Under the pieces are notes generated by a model. It did not search any database. It saw only the letters and a program-made list of their open reading frames with translations, and was not told where the DNA came from. The position numbers and the translations under genes are program-made. 64,000 nt of DNA from an uncultured Thermoproteales archaeon (GTDB taxonomy: Archaea; Thermoproteota; Thermoprotei; Thermofilales; B20-G17): positions 8,820-72,819 of the forward strand of contig CAZFTG010000004.1 in the NCBI GenBank assembly GCA_964522205.1, read 5' to 3'. Below are positions 8,640 through 17,207 of this stretch, in pieces (position 1 is the first letter of the stretch; every line of letters begins with the position of its first letter).

Positions 8640-9935
8640 ATGGATCTCAGAAGCTTCGTGAATGAAGTATGTGAGGAAAATCCTAACGAATACCTAGAGA
8701 TAATTAAGCCTCTTGATGTTAAATTAGAGATAGCCAAAAAAATGAGAGAGCTGGACGGAGGGCCTATTGTAGTTTTCAAGAAACCTAAGGGCTATACTAT
8801 TCCTATAATTTCGAATATTTTCTCAAAAAGAAGAAGATTTCTATCATTATTTAGAGTAAATAATATAAAAGATGCTTACGTAAAACTACTAAATGCTATA
8901 TCAAGACCTGTAAAGATGTCCATAAAGACTGACGCCCCCTTTATGGAAGTATGTGAAGATGATATTTCATCACTACCTATTTTAAAGCATTATAAGGAAG
9001 ATGGAGGACCGTATATGACCACTAGTATAGTAATTGCACGTGACTATGAGCTAGATATAATGAATGCCTCTGTACACAGAATTCAGGTGTTAAACAAAAA
9101 GAAACTCGTAATAAGGATAGTCCCACGACATCTATACCGTATGTATAGAAAGGCTCAGGATAGAGGAAGGGATCTAGAGGTAGCTATAGTCATAGGTTGT
9201 CATCCGCTTAACATGTTAGCCGCCTCCTCTTCGCCCCCGTATGGTGTTTTTGAGCTCGATGTAGCCAGTACAATCTCCAATAATAAGCTTAAAGGATGCG
9301 AGCTTGATAATGGTCTTATAGTTCCAAGAGAATCGGAGATAGTGATCTTAGGAAAAATAAAGAGGGGAGAATTCCATAAAGAAGGGCCTTTCGTAGATAT
9401 AACTGGTACCTATGATATCATCAGACAACAACCAGTCCTAGAAGTAGATAAGGTACTGAGGAGGGAGAATGCACTATATCAGGCCTTGCTACCTGCTGGT
9501 GAGGAACATAGATTATTAATGGGATTCTATAAAGAATGCCTAATATGGGAATACGTTAGAAGAGTTGTTCCTGAAGTAAAGGCCGTAAGGTTATCTAGAG
9601 GTGGATGTGGATGGCTTCACTGCTTTATCTCAATTAAAAAGGACTATGAAGGAGATGCGAAGAATGCAATCCTAGCTGCATTTGCTGCACACCCCTCGCT
9701 TAAACTCGTTGTTGTAGTAGATGAAGATATTGATGTAGAGAACATTGAAGAGGTCGAGTGGGCAATAGCCACACGTTTTCAGCCCTCAGAAGACTTAGTT
9801 ATCATAGATAGAGTCAGAGGATCTAGCTTAGATCCCTCCGCTGATCAGCAATCCTTACTCACATCTAAAATTGGAATAGATGCTACAATACCCCTTAATA
9901 GACCTTTAGAGGGCTTTAAAAGAGTGTATAGTTAA
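8640..9935 (+). CDS. UbiD-family (prFMN-dependent) decarboxylase
   Basis: 431 aa with UbiD-like segments (GGPYMTTSIVI, HRIQV, FVDITGTYD). No ubiX is present in the window. Confidence 0.75.
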   Translation: MDLRSFVNEVCEENPNEYLEIIKPLDVKLEIAKKMRELDGGPIVVFKKPKGYTIPIISNIFSKRRRFLSLFRVNNIKDAYVKLLNAISRPVKMSIKTDAPFMEVCEDDISSLPILKHYKEDGGPYMTTSIVIARDYELDIMNASVHRIQVLNKKKLVIRIVPRHLYRMYRKAQDRGRDLEVAIVIGCHPLNMLAASSSPPYGVFELDVASTISNNKLKGCELDNGLIVPRESEIVILGKIKRGEFHKEGPFVDITGTYDIIRQQPVLEVDKVLRRENALYQALLPAGEEHRLLMGFYKECLIWEYVRRVVPEVKAVRLSRGGCGWLHCFISIKKDYEGDAKNAILAAFAAHPSLKLVVVVDEDIDVENIEEVEWAIATRFQPSEDLVIIDRVRGSSLDPSADQQSLLTSKIGIDATIPLNRPLEGFKRVYS

Positions 9936-9986
9936 AATTCTCTGAAGGATTAAGAAGTGGATAACTCACTTGATATTCCATGCCAG

Positions 9987-10457
9987 CTATCTACACTTAG
10001 TCTTAAGTATGTTTGTGATTTTTTCTAGTATATAACTTTCGCTTGTTCTAAGAAGACCTCTTAAATGTTTTACTTTTAATTCTATGGAATTACTATGATA
10101 TTCTAAATTGAGAAGAAAATAGTCTCCATGTAGAGCATGCTTCCTATCGTCTTCTCCATAATAACTATATTTTATGACAACTAGAAAAGTAGATGGGTTA
10201 CCATAGGCTAGACATGATTTTTTCAATTCCCTACTTATTCTCCTCCATTTCCCTCTTTTTGGAATATATACTAGAAAATTTCTTTCACCAGGTTTCAGTC
10301 CTCTTATTCCTGAGACACTTAACCTTAAGCTCTCACTACATTTGTCTAGTTCACTTAGTGCATTAAGGAGTAGAGTGTATAAGCTATCCACATTCCTTTT
10401 ATTGGATGATATAGTGACTCTGTCTACCAATGTAGACCACCAAGTTGAGTAGAGCAA
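9987..10457 (-). CDS. Hypothetical protein; start uncertain
   Basis: 156-aa ORF with a TTG start and no internal Met. I recognise no family. The alternative TTG 10430 fits the adjacent TATA box better. Confidence 0.35.
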   Translation of the reverse strand: MLYSTWWSTLVDRVTISSNKRNVDSLYTLLLNALSELDKCSESLRLSVSGIRGLKPGERNFLVYIPKRGKWRRISRELKKSCLAYGNPSTFLVVIKYSYYGEDDRKHALHGDYFLLNLEYHSNSIELKVKHLRGLLRTSESYILEKITNILKTKCR

Positions 10458-10467
10458 TTATATATTA
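10458..10467. promoter_or_regulatory. Near-palindromic TATA element between divergent genes
   Basis: TTATATATTA is the only TATA-like sequence in the 16-nt gap between the annotated divergent starts at 10457 and 10474. Confidence 0.35.
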
Positions 10468-10473
10468 CTGGCC

Positions 10474-11139
10474 ATGAAATATATTTGTCTTATGAAGAGT
10501 ATTACAACATGTAGATTACAAGTCCTGAGAGAACTTAGGAGAAAGGGGATTAGAAAGGATGAGAAAATTTCCTTAATATATTGGGGTGGATTAAGATCGA
10601 AGGTACTACTTGACACCCTATATTTTGTGGAACGTGAATTCCCCGAAGCAGAGATTAAGGTCCTTATGAATAAGATGTCTGAAGCGAGTCTACTCATTGA
10701 GAAGTATCCAAGAGTTAAGATAGCCCATGTTGATCTAAAGATACCTTGTCCGAGTGTAGAGGAATTTGTGTTAACCCTAAGCACTCTAAAGCAGTATTGT
10801 ATAAATAGAGGTTCGTCTATGATAGTCACCCCACTTACTCTGGATGATCTCTCAGCTATAGGACTCTCCTTACTACTCAGGGGTTATCTTAGCATGCTTA
10901 AGGATCTTATGGATAGTCCTGTAGCACATCCCTTATCTCGCATTGAGTTAAGAGATATAGAATTGATCTCTAATAGGCTTGGACTCGAAGGAGAGTTCGA
11001 GGTACTTATCGAAAACGATCCAATAGTCGCTGATGCATACATTCAAGTTAATAGATTAAAGAGGCTTTACTCTTATACTCCTCTACAACTACTTAAAGCA
11101 ATAGAAAGACTCACAAAGTTAAATTTGGATCTTATATGA
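10474..11139 (+). CDS. PP-loop ATPase superfamily homolog (TilS/TtcA-like) with a degenerate PP-loop
   Basis: ISLIYWGGLRSKVLLD sits where SGGxDS should be. TPLTLDDLSAIGLSLLLRG and AHPLSRIELRDIE resemble TilS-family motifs. Confidence 0.45.
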   Translation: MKYICLMKSITTCRLQVLRELRRKGIRKDEKISLIYWGGLRSKVLLDTLYFVEREFPEAEIKVLMNKMSEASLLIEKYPRVKIAHVDLKIPCPSVEEFVLTLSTLKQYCINRGSSMIVTPLTLDDLSAIGLSLLLRGYLSMLKDLMDSPVAHPLSRIELRDIELISNRLGLEGEFEVLIENDPIVADAYIQVNRLKRLYSYTPLQLLKAIERLTKLNLDLI

Positions 11140-11166
11140 TTATACTCACCTAGTGATTAAGTATAA

Positions 11167-11988
11167 TTATAAATTAGTCTTTAAGCTTATTCTTGAGTAA
11201 TGTTTTGAACTATTTCTAAGTAGGTTCTCGGCTCTTTCAAGCTCCTTAATAGTATTTATAGGTATCCAAGTATCCCTTGGTATAGTGAGTGCATAGAGTT
11301 TTCTGTTCTCCGCAAGCCTTGGAAGCAGTATATTCTCAAACTCTATAGAGAAGGGGGCATTAATATCCACTAACTCCTCTATCATCTTAATAGCACGAGG
11401 TTCTAACATATACATCCCTGTAGATGTGGATATTTTTATGACAGGTTTTTCTTCAAACTTTATGACTATATAGTTCTCATCTAGCTTTCCTACTCCAAAT
11501 GGATATTCTATAGCTGTTGCGAATACTACTGTGGCTAATATATCTCTTTTTTTAACTCCCTCTATGTGGTGCAGTAGTAATTTCAATGGTAGTGTTTCAT
11601 CTAGGAATATGTCATCTGGGAAGCATATGAGCGCTCTCTTCTCAGTATCTACTGCTCCTACCTCTATAGCATTCTTAAGCGCTTTTCCCTTACCAACTTT
11701 ATCTACCGCAGGATCTCTAACATATACTGCTTTAATGCCATATCTTTCTCCACTACCTATGTATTCTTCTATCTCTTCTCCCCTATATCCAATTAGAAAG
11801 ATGAAATCCTTGAAACCACAGCTACTGTAGTATTCAATACACCAGTCTATTAAGGGTCTTCCGCAGAGTTCTAACATAGCTTTAGCTCTATTTATCATTC
11901 CCATTCTTTTTGCTAAACCTCCCGTGAATACTAAAACTTGAGTCTTCTTAACTTCCTCTTCAATAAGCTTCAGCACGTTTCTCTTCAT
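11167..11988 (-). CDS. Sugar-phosphate nucleotidyltransferase
   Basis: N-terminal VLVFTGGLAKRMG...KAMLELCGRPLIDW (GxGxR NTP-transferase signature). Confidence 0.75.
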   Translation of the reverse strand: MKRNVLKLIEEEVKKTQVLVFTGGLAKRMGMINRAKAMLELCGRPLIDWCIEYYSSCGFKDFIFLIGYRGEEIEEYIGSGERYGIKAVYVRDPAVDKVGKGKALKNAIEVGAVDTEKRALICFPDDIFLDETLPLKLLLHHIEGVKKRDILATVVFATAIEYPFGVGKLDENYIVIKFEEKPVIKISTSTGMYMLEPRAIKMIEELVDINAPFSIEFENILLPRLAENRKLYALTIPRDTWIPINTIKELERAENLLRNSSKHYSRISLKTNL

Positions 11989-11998
11989 TACTCTAACC

Positions 11999-12448
11999 TC
12001 ATGCTTCTATTTTCTCTTCTCCTGAATGTACTCTTCTACTTTTTCTAATTACTCTTTCAATTAATATAGTCAAACTACCGATGATGCACGGTATACTTAT
12101 CATATTAACCCATAGGGGAAGCTGCCAGAAAGGATCACCGCTCAGTACTGTTATCACTACAGCAATTATTATTACAAATAGTAGTCCTAGGTCGATCTCG
12201 TTTAACTCTATTTCTATGACAGGCTCTTCACGAATTCCTAAAGCTTCTCTTAATAGATCTACGGCTCGTTGTGCATCTTCTTCATAAAGTCTTCCCGTAC
12301 TGATGAAGTCCTTCCATAATCCCATTAGCGCTTCTTCAGACTTCAATAACTTAAGTCCAGTATATGCTAAGATAAAGGCTTCAGTATACTTGCCCTCTTC
12401 TAGAAGGGAGCTCGCCGTATCGTATAACCTACGTACTCTTTCGTTCAT
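11999..12448 (-). CDS. Hypothetical membrane protein (helical N-domain plus 2 TM)
   Basis: 149 aa. Hydrophobic stretches LGLLFVIIIAVVITVL and MISIPCIIGSLTILI are present. It overlaps the upstream gene by 20 nt. Confidence 0.45.
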   Translation of the reverse strand: MNERVRRLYDTASSLLEEGKYTEAFILAYTGLKLLKSEEALMGLWKDFISTGRLYEEDAQRAVDLLREALGIREEPVIEIELNEIDLGLLFVIIIAVVITVLSGDPFWQLPLWVNMISIPCIIGSLTILIERVIRKSRRVHSGEEKIEA

Positions 12449-13415
12449 GTTTTCTCCTCCACAGGATTGACATAAGCATACTCACCACGTACCCTACTAT
12501 AAATCCTACAGCGCATGCTACACCCAAGTGCCTATATGCATTTAATGCTTCTTTACGTAATTGTTCAAATTCCGGAAGAGACTCTACAATTTTCTTCCTC
12601 CTTCTTTTAAGATCCTCTATCTCTTGAATGAGCTTCTTTCTATACTCATCTAGGCTCTTCAGTGGGAGAGGAACTCCTTCTTCTCTTTCTATCTTCATCC
12701 CCAGAAGCCACCGTATAGTATTGTCGAGTAAGATAAAGTTGTCCAGATAATGTTCCGAGTACAGTGGAGGAAGTATTATAGCAATCCTGCCTTCCTCCCG
12801 TTCTCCTATAGCCGCTATGGGAAGCTCTTTTCCCCACCAGCTCTTATTCGAGAGAACGATAGCCTTGAAATCATTAGATAGTATGGCTAGAGCGTATTCT
12901 AAGTTAGACTTTAAACTCCCTACTGCCCATATCCCTTTACTCACTTCATGTTCAGCTACAATAGTGGTTGATGCGTTAGCTATAGGTGCCATACGACGAA
13001 TTGTAATACCCAGCTCTGAAATAGCATAGCTAATGTTTTCATTTAGTGGTAGTATTAAAATACTGCCATTTAACCTTAAGTACTCTTTCATAAATTCTTT
13101 AAGTGACTTATAATACTGCTCACTACAATCTATTACTATTATCAGGTTATATTTTCCTTTTTCTAAAAACCTCTTGAACCCTATAGCCTTTTTTATCTGT
13201 TCTATTCTCCAGTCTAACAGTAATTCATAGGGATTTTCAAGACCAGTATAACTAATGAGTAGCTGACGTAACATCTTATAATTATCACCTTTAATATTGA
13301 GCTTAGTAGTATCTATCACTAGTACCTTAATATTGCCATCCTCTGGAGCATGTACTTGTGGGCATAGTATGACTATAATTAGAAAGATTAACATGTGAAT
13401 TCTTATCCTCTCCAT
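12429..13415 (-). CDS. Hypothetical type-I membrane-anchored extracytoplasmic protein
   Basis: It has an N-terminal signal-like segment (MLIFLIIVILCPQVHA), a roughly 250-aa ectodomain, a charged coiled-coil stalk (LDEYRKKLIQEIEDLKRRRKK) and a C-terminal TM. Confidence 0.45.
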   Translation of the reverse strand: MERIRIHMLIFLIIVILCPQVHAPEDGNIKVLVIDTTKLNIKGDNYKMLRQLLISYTGLENPYELLLDWRIEQIKKAIGFKRFLEKGKYNLIIVIDCSEQYYKSLKEFMKEYLRLNGSILILPLNENISYAISELGITIRRMAPIANASTTIVAEHEVSKGIWAVGSLKSNLEYALAILSNDFKAIVLSNKSWWGKELPIAAIGEREEGRIAIILPPLYSEHYLDNFILLDNTIRWLLGMKIEREEGVPLPLKSLDEYRKKLIQEIEDLKRRRKKIVESLPEFEQLRKEALNAYRHLGVACAVGFIVGYVVSMLMSILWRRKHERKST

Positions 13416-13575
13416 AAAGCACCCCTTTCTGAAAAAGACCTTTTATATATAAAAAAGATATCGCTCTACAAATCTGTAATGTATTCTAAAAATAGTGGCT
13501 TTATTTATCATACATTAGTATTCAATTCAATAAGAGTTAATTATTCTATTACGCCTCTTCATGTACTCATTTTTA

Positions 13576-14151
13576 TTATGGGAAGAGATCTAGTATGTAG
13601 TTTATAATTGATATACAAAAGCTCGTCATATATGGTATCTTTCCAAGACTAATTATACTAGCTCGATATCTCTCCAGTAATTTTTCATCTGCTTTAGAGA
13701 GACCCCTCTGATCTCCTAGGATAAAAGCGAAATTAAGATCCTTATAAAAGGTAATATTTTCAATATACTCTCCATCTTCTCTTAAGTATATTAGCCTATA
13801 TCCAGCTTTACAAAGCCTTTTAAGGATGTAATCGAGACCCTCTCTTCTAACCTCAAACCCCTTTAGAGGCCTCCCGGACATTGATCCTTTAATTAACTTT
13901 GCTATTGATACCTCATCTATAGGCAGGTTCTCTATTTCAGATCCTCTAACTACTACTGTTAAAGGAGGATTAGGAGGACCCTTTAGAACCGTATAGAAAG
14001 TTGTGTCTTTTCTGGGTCCTTTTGGTGTTAATAATGCAGCTAATAATGATCTGCATACTAAGTCTAATCTACCACTAGTAGATGCAAGGGATTCAAGATT
14101 AAAGATTGGAGCTGTGACTCCGCTATTCGATACTACGACAAAAGCTCTCAT
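13576..14151 (-). CDS. trmY: tRNA (pseudouridine54-N1)-methyltransferase TrmY-like (SPOUT, DUF358)
   Basis: MRAFVVVSN...SGRLDLVCRSL...FILGDQRGL...SLGKIPYMTSFCISIINY matches the family layout as I recall it. Confidence 0.65.
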   Translation of the reverse strand: MRAFVVVSNSGVTAPIFNLESLASTSGRLDLVCRSLLAALLTPKGPRKDTTFYTVLKGPPNPPLTVVVRGSEIENLPIDEVSIAKLIKGSMSGRPLKGFEVRREGLDYILKRLCKAGYRLIYLREDGEYIENITFYKDLNFAFILGDQRGLSKADEKLLERYRASIISLGKIPYMTSFCISIINYILDLFP

Positions 14152-14438
14152 ACTCTTAGCATTTCTCTTCTCTTTCTCTCCTCTCTAGATCTTATCTTAA
14201 CTATACCATAGTGTACAGCACATCTTATACATACATACCTAGTGATAGAGTAGGAGAGTATTTGTGTTCCTTTACTTCTGAGTTCTCTTTCGAGTTGGGG
14301 GTCTAGGAAAGACAATCTCTTGGTTATTTTCTTAGCCTTGGAGCGGGGAATTAGTGCACCGCAGAGATCACACTGTACTATAGCTTCTCTACCTTTTCCT
14401 CCCTTCCCTCTTCCTCTGTTCTTCCTCTTCTTAGGCAT
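14148..14438 (-). CDS. rps26e: Ribosomal protein S26e (eS26)
   Basis: MPKKRKNRGRGKGGKGREAIVQCDLCGALIPRSKA...YVCIRCAVH. Confidence 0.9.
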   Translation of the reverse strand: MPKKRKNRGRGKGGKGREAIVQCDLCGALIPRSKAKKITKRLSFLDPQLERELRSKGTQILSYSITRYVCIRCAVHYGIVKIRSREERKRREMLRV

Positions 14439-14503
14439 ATCACATCTCCAACTATTGAATACACTATGTTTAAAATACTTTTGGGAGGAGCCCGAGTCGG
14501 TTA

Positions 14504-15859
14504 TTAAAACTTTGGCAGTACTGGAGGATAGTATTCGTAGAGTGATCGATCACTTATTTCATAAGCATAGCATGTAAGCATCTTTTTCTTTACTTCTCTC
14601 AGATCCCTAGTCTGTGCTAATACCCACATTAGTTTAACAAATGCCGTCTCAGCTAGCATGTCTCCTACTGGTATAACTCCAGCCCTTAGGAGCTCTACTC
14701 CTCTTCTGTATACGTTTAGATTTACTCTCCCCCAGATACATTGCGAGGTCATTACTACAGCTACTCCTTCCTCTGTTCCTCTCTCTATAGATTTGACCAG
14801 TGGATGTCTGACATGCCCTAACCCTGTACCTTCTATGACTATTCCATGATAGCCTTTATCTATTAATATATCTATGAGCTCTGGATCCATTCCAGGATAG
14901 AACTTTATTAATGCTACTTTTTCATCAAACTTATTAATTAATGTTGGACCCTCACCCCCTCTAGGCCTGTATTCATCGACTAGTAGTTTTATATCCCTAT
15001 CCTTAACTATAGCTAATGGAGGACTGTTTACTGATCTGAACGCATCTCTTCTACTGGTGTGCATTTTTCTAGCTCTCGTTCCTCTATGTACTACTGCATA
15101 AGTATCTTCTACTGATACATGCATTGTTATCACAACTTCAGCGAATGGTGCTCTAGTAGCTACTATTAATGATGAAATTAAGTTCAATACCGTATCAGTA
15201 GAGGGTCTATCGGAAGACCTCTGTGCACCCACTAGTATTACCGGCGAGTTAAGGTTTTGGAGAGCAAAACTTAGTGCCGCAGCGGTATATCCCATAGTAT
15301 CTGTTCCATGTGCTATAACTACGCCCTTTATATCATCCTGTAGTAATCTTGCTACTACCTCAGAGATCCTACTCCATTCCTTAGGTGTCATGTCTTCACT
15401 AAAGATATTATAAAGTTGTACCGTCTCTATGGTAGCTATATCTCTGATCTCGGGAATGAGTTCATATAGATCCTCAGGGGAGAACTTCGGGTATACTGCT
15501 CCGGTCATGTAGTCTATTTTCGAGGCTATAGTTCCACCTGTTCCTACGATAACTACTTTGTCCTCTTTATGGGGTTTACTTACCCTTTTAGCAGTTAAGG
15601 GAGGGGCAGAATAACTACCTATCTTTTCTATTTGCTCTACTCTATCTACAGCAATTCCTACATTATATCCATTCTTGAGTTTTACTATTAGGACATCGGG
15701 ATCTCCATATTGTGGTCTAGGTAGTAGTAGTCCTTCGACTTCTAAACCATCTACTCTTCTAACTCTAATTATATCGAAGACCTTGACTCCGAGCTTCTCA
15801 AGTAGTTTGATGACTTTATCGCTATAGAAACCTAGTTCTTCTGTAAGCTCATATGACAA
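14504..15859 (-). CDS. gatD: Glu-tRNA(Gln) amidotransferase subunit D
   Basis: Asparaginase-type motifs (VGTGGTIAS, HGTDTM) are present with the GatD N-terminal domain. Confidence 0.9.
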   Translation of the reverse strand: MSYELTEELGFYSDKVIKLLEKLGVKVFDIIRVRRVDGLEVEGLLLPRPQYGDPDVLIVKLKNGYNVGIAVDRVEQIEKIGSYSAPPLTAKRVSKPHKEDKVVIVGTGGTIASKIDYMTGAVYPKFSPEDLYELIPEIRDIATIETVQLYNIFSEDMTPKEWSRISEVVARLLQDDIKGVVIAHGTDTMGYTAAALSFALQNLNSPVILVGAQRSSDRPSTDTVLNLISSLIVATRAPFAEVVITMHVSVEDTYAVVHRGTRARKMHTSRRDAFRSVNSPPLAIVKDRDIKLLVDEYRPRGGEGPTLINKFDEKVALIKFYPGMDPELIDILIDKGYHGIVIEGTGLGHVRHPLVKSIERGTEEGVAVVMTSQCIWGRVNLNVYRRGVELLRAGVIPVGDMLAETAFVKLMWVLAQTRDLREVKKKMLTCYAYEISDRSLYEYYPPVLPKF

Positions 15860-15929
15860 TATTCCACCAGTTTAGATTAGAAGTTCTGTATAATAAGAGT
15901 ATTGAACTTTCTCCCAACTATTAAAAGAT

Positions 15930-16106
15930 CTATCTTGCTCTAGGAGCTAGTGCGATTCCTCTTGCTAGACTTGCGTATAATATTCGTCGTTTGTAGTTCC
16001 TTCGATTTCTACGTCTAGGTACTAGGTTTTTCTTGGGCTTAGGAGGTATTCTAGGAGTAGCTTCTCTTACCTTTCCTGCTTTAGTTAGTGATCCATGTGA
16101 AGGCAT
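15930..16106 (-). CDS. rps30e: Ribosomal protein S30e (eS30)
   Basis: Hand-translated 58-aa ORF absent from the track: [58 protein letters not shown]. It is preceded by GAGGTGATAAC. Confidence 0.85.
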   Translation of the reverse strand: MPSHGSLTKAGKVREATPRIPPKPKKNLVPRRRNRRNYKRRILYASLARGIALAPRAR

Positions 16107-16179
16107 GTTATCACCTCATTTTAAAAGTATGAGGAGTATTAAAAACTTGCCGTTGTTCATATACTATTAGTATACTAGA

Positions 16180-16623
16180 CTAGGGATCTGGAGGAGTCTC
16201 TTCTTTTACAGGTTTCCCTTGTGCTGTCCTTGGAGTTAGCCAGTTTATGAATGCCTTTACATCGTTCGTCTTTACCGTGAATACTATAGCTCCTAAAGGG
16301 CTCTCTTTTTCTGGAACTGAACAAAAGGCCGCTATACCCATGAATGCAGCTTGTTTGTGAAGGTAGAAAGTTATAGTATTTCCTACGACTCCTCTCTTAA
16401 GATGTTCTCTAGCGGCATCTAGGATCCTCTGGGTTCTTAAAAGATTATACAATTTCCTTAATGCTCTACTACCCTCTCCAATTGCAGTATATAGGTATCC
16501 TCTATTAATTGGAGTTAGCATCTCTCTTTCTGGCTCAAATAGATTTCTCACTGCCGATTTTACCTTTTCCAGATCTTCGGTTAGTCTTATTTCACACTCT
16601 ACTCTAATCTCCAACACTATCAC
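16180..16623 (-). CDS. UPF0201-family predicted RNA-binding protein (COG1931)
   Basis: 147 aa. The family assignment comes from recalled similarity and the conserved pairing with the upstream UPF0200 kinase-like gene. Confidence 0.55.
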   Translation of the reverse strand: MIVLEIRVECEIRLTEDLEKVKSAVRNLFEPEREMLTPINRGYLYTAIGEGSRALRKLYNLLRTQRILDAAREHLKRGVVGNTITFYLHKQAAFMGIAAFCSVPEKESPLGAIVFTVKTNDVKAFINWLTPRTAQGKPVKEETPPDP

Positions 16624-17207
16624 CTTGTCTTATTGATAATAGAGCTTATCACGCTTTCCACCAGTTCTCTAAACTCTTTTATAGATAACCCTTCGTTAAC
16701 CAGTAGTATATCAGAAAGAGCTATGACATCCCCTATACCGAAATCTAGCTCTTCGAGATCTCTCCTTAAGAATTCTTCCCATGTTCTAGGATCATCTTCT
16801 CTTCCTCTTCTACACAATCTTTTAAAGCGTGTCTCTGGTGAGGCGTGTACTGTCAGAACTATGAGTTTAGCATACCTCCCGAGGTTATCCTTAAAGTACT
16901 TAACCTCATCATATCCTCTTACTCCATCCACTACTACCAGATCTAGACCTTTTGATAGTAGTTCTAGGACCCTGTCTAGTACTCGAATAGCTATCGCCTG
17001 CATGCCTTCTCTTTTCCTCAATTCTCTGGCAATTTTGGATATGTTGTCTCTAGTCAAGCTAAGTCCTCTTTTCTCCACTTCTTCTCTTACTACATCTCCC
17101 ATACATACTGTGCCGAAACCCATATCTCTCGCTACTTTAGAGACTATGGACTTGCCGGATCCCGGCATTCCGGCTACCAATACTACTTTCTTTTCCTTAA
17201 GCCCCAT
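16620..17207 (-). CDS. UPF0200-family P-loop nucleotide kinase-like protein
   Basis: Walker A motif VAGMPGSGKS and a dephospho-CoA/adenylate-kinase-like layout. A 4-nt overlap links it to the downstream UPF0201 gene. Confidence 0.6.
   Translation of the reverse strand: MGLKEKKVVLVAGMPGSGKSIVSKVARDMGFGTVCMGDVVREEVEKRGLSLTRDNISKIARELRKREGMQAIAIRVLDRVLELLSKGLDLVVVDGVRGYDEVKYFKDNLGRYAKLIVLTVHASPETRFKRLCRRGREDDPRTWEEFLRRDLEELDFGIGDVIALSDILLVNEGLSIKEFRELVESVISSIINKTR

Noticed and set aside
13395-13607. A 70-aa plus-strand ORF in the spacer upstream of gene 12429-13415.
   Set aside because: The region is AT-rich promoter DNA. The ORF overlaps the start of the minus-strand gene and the end of trmY, and it has no similarity or SD/TATA support.
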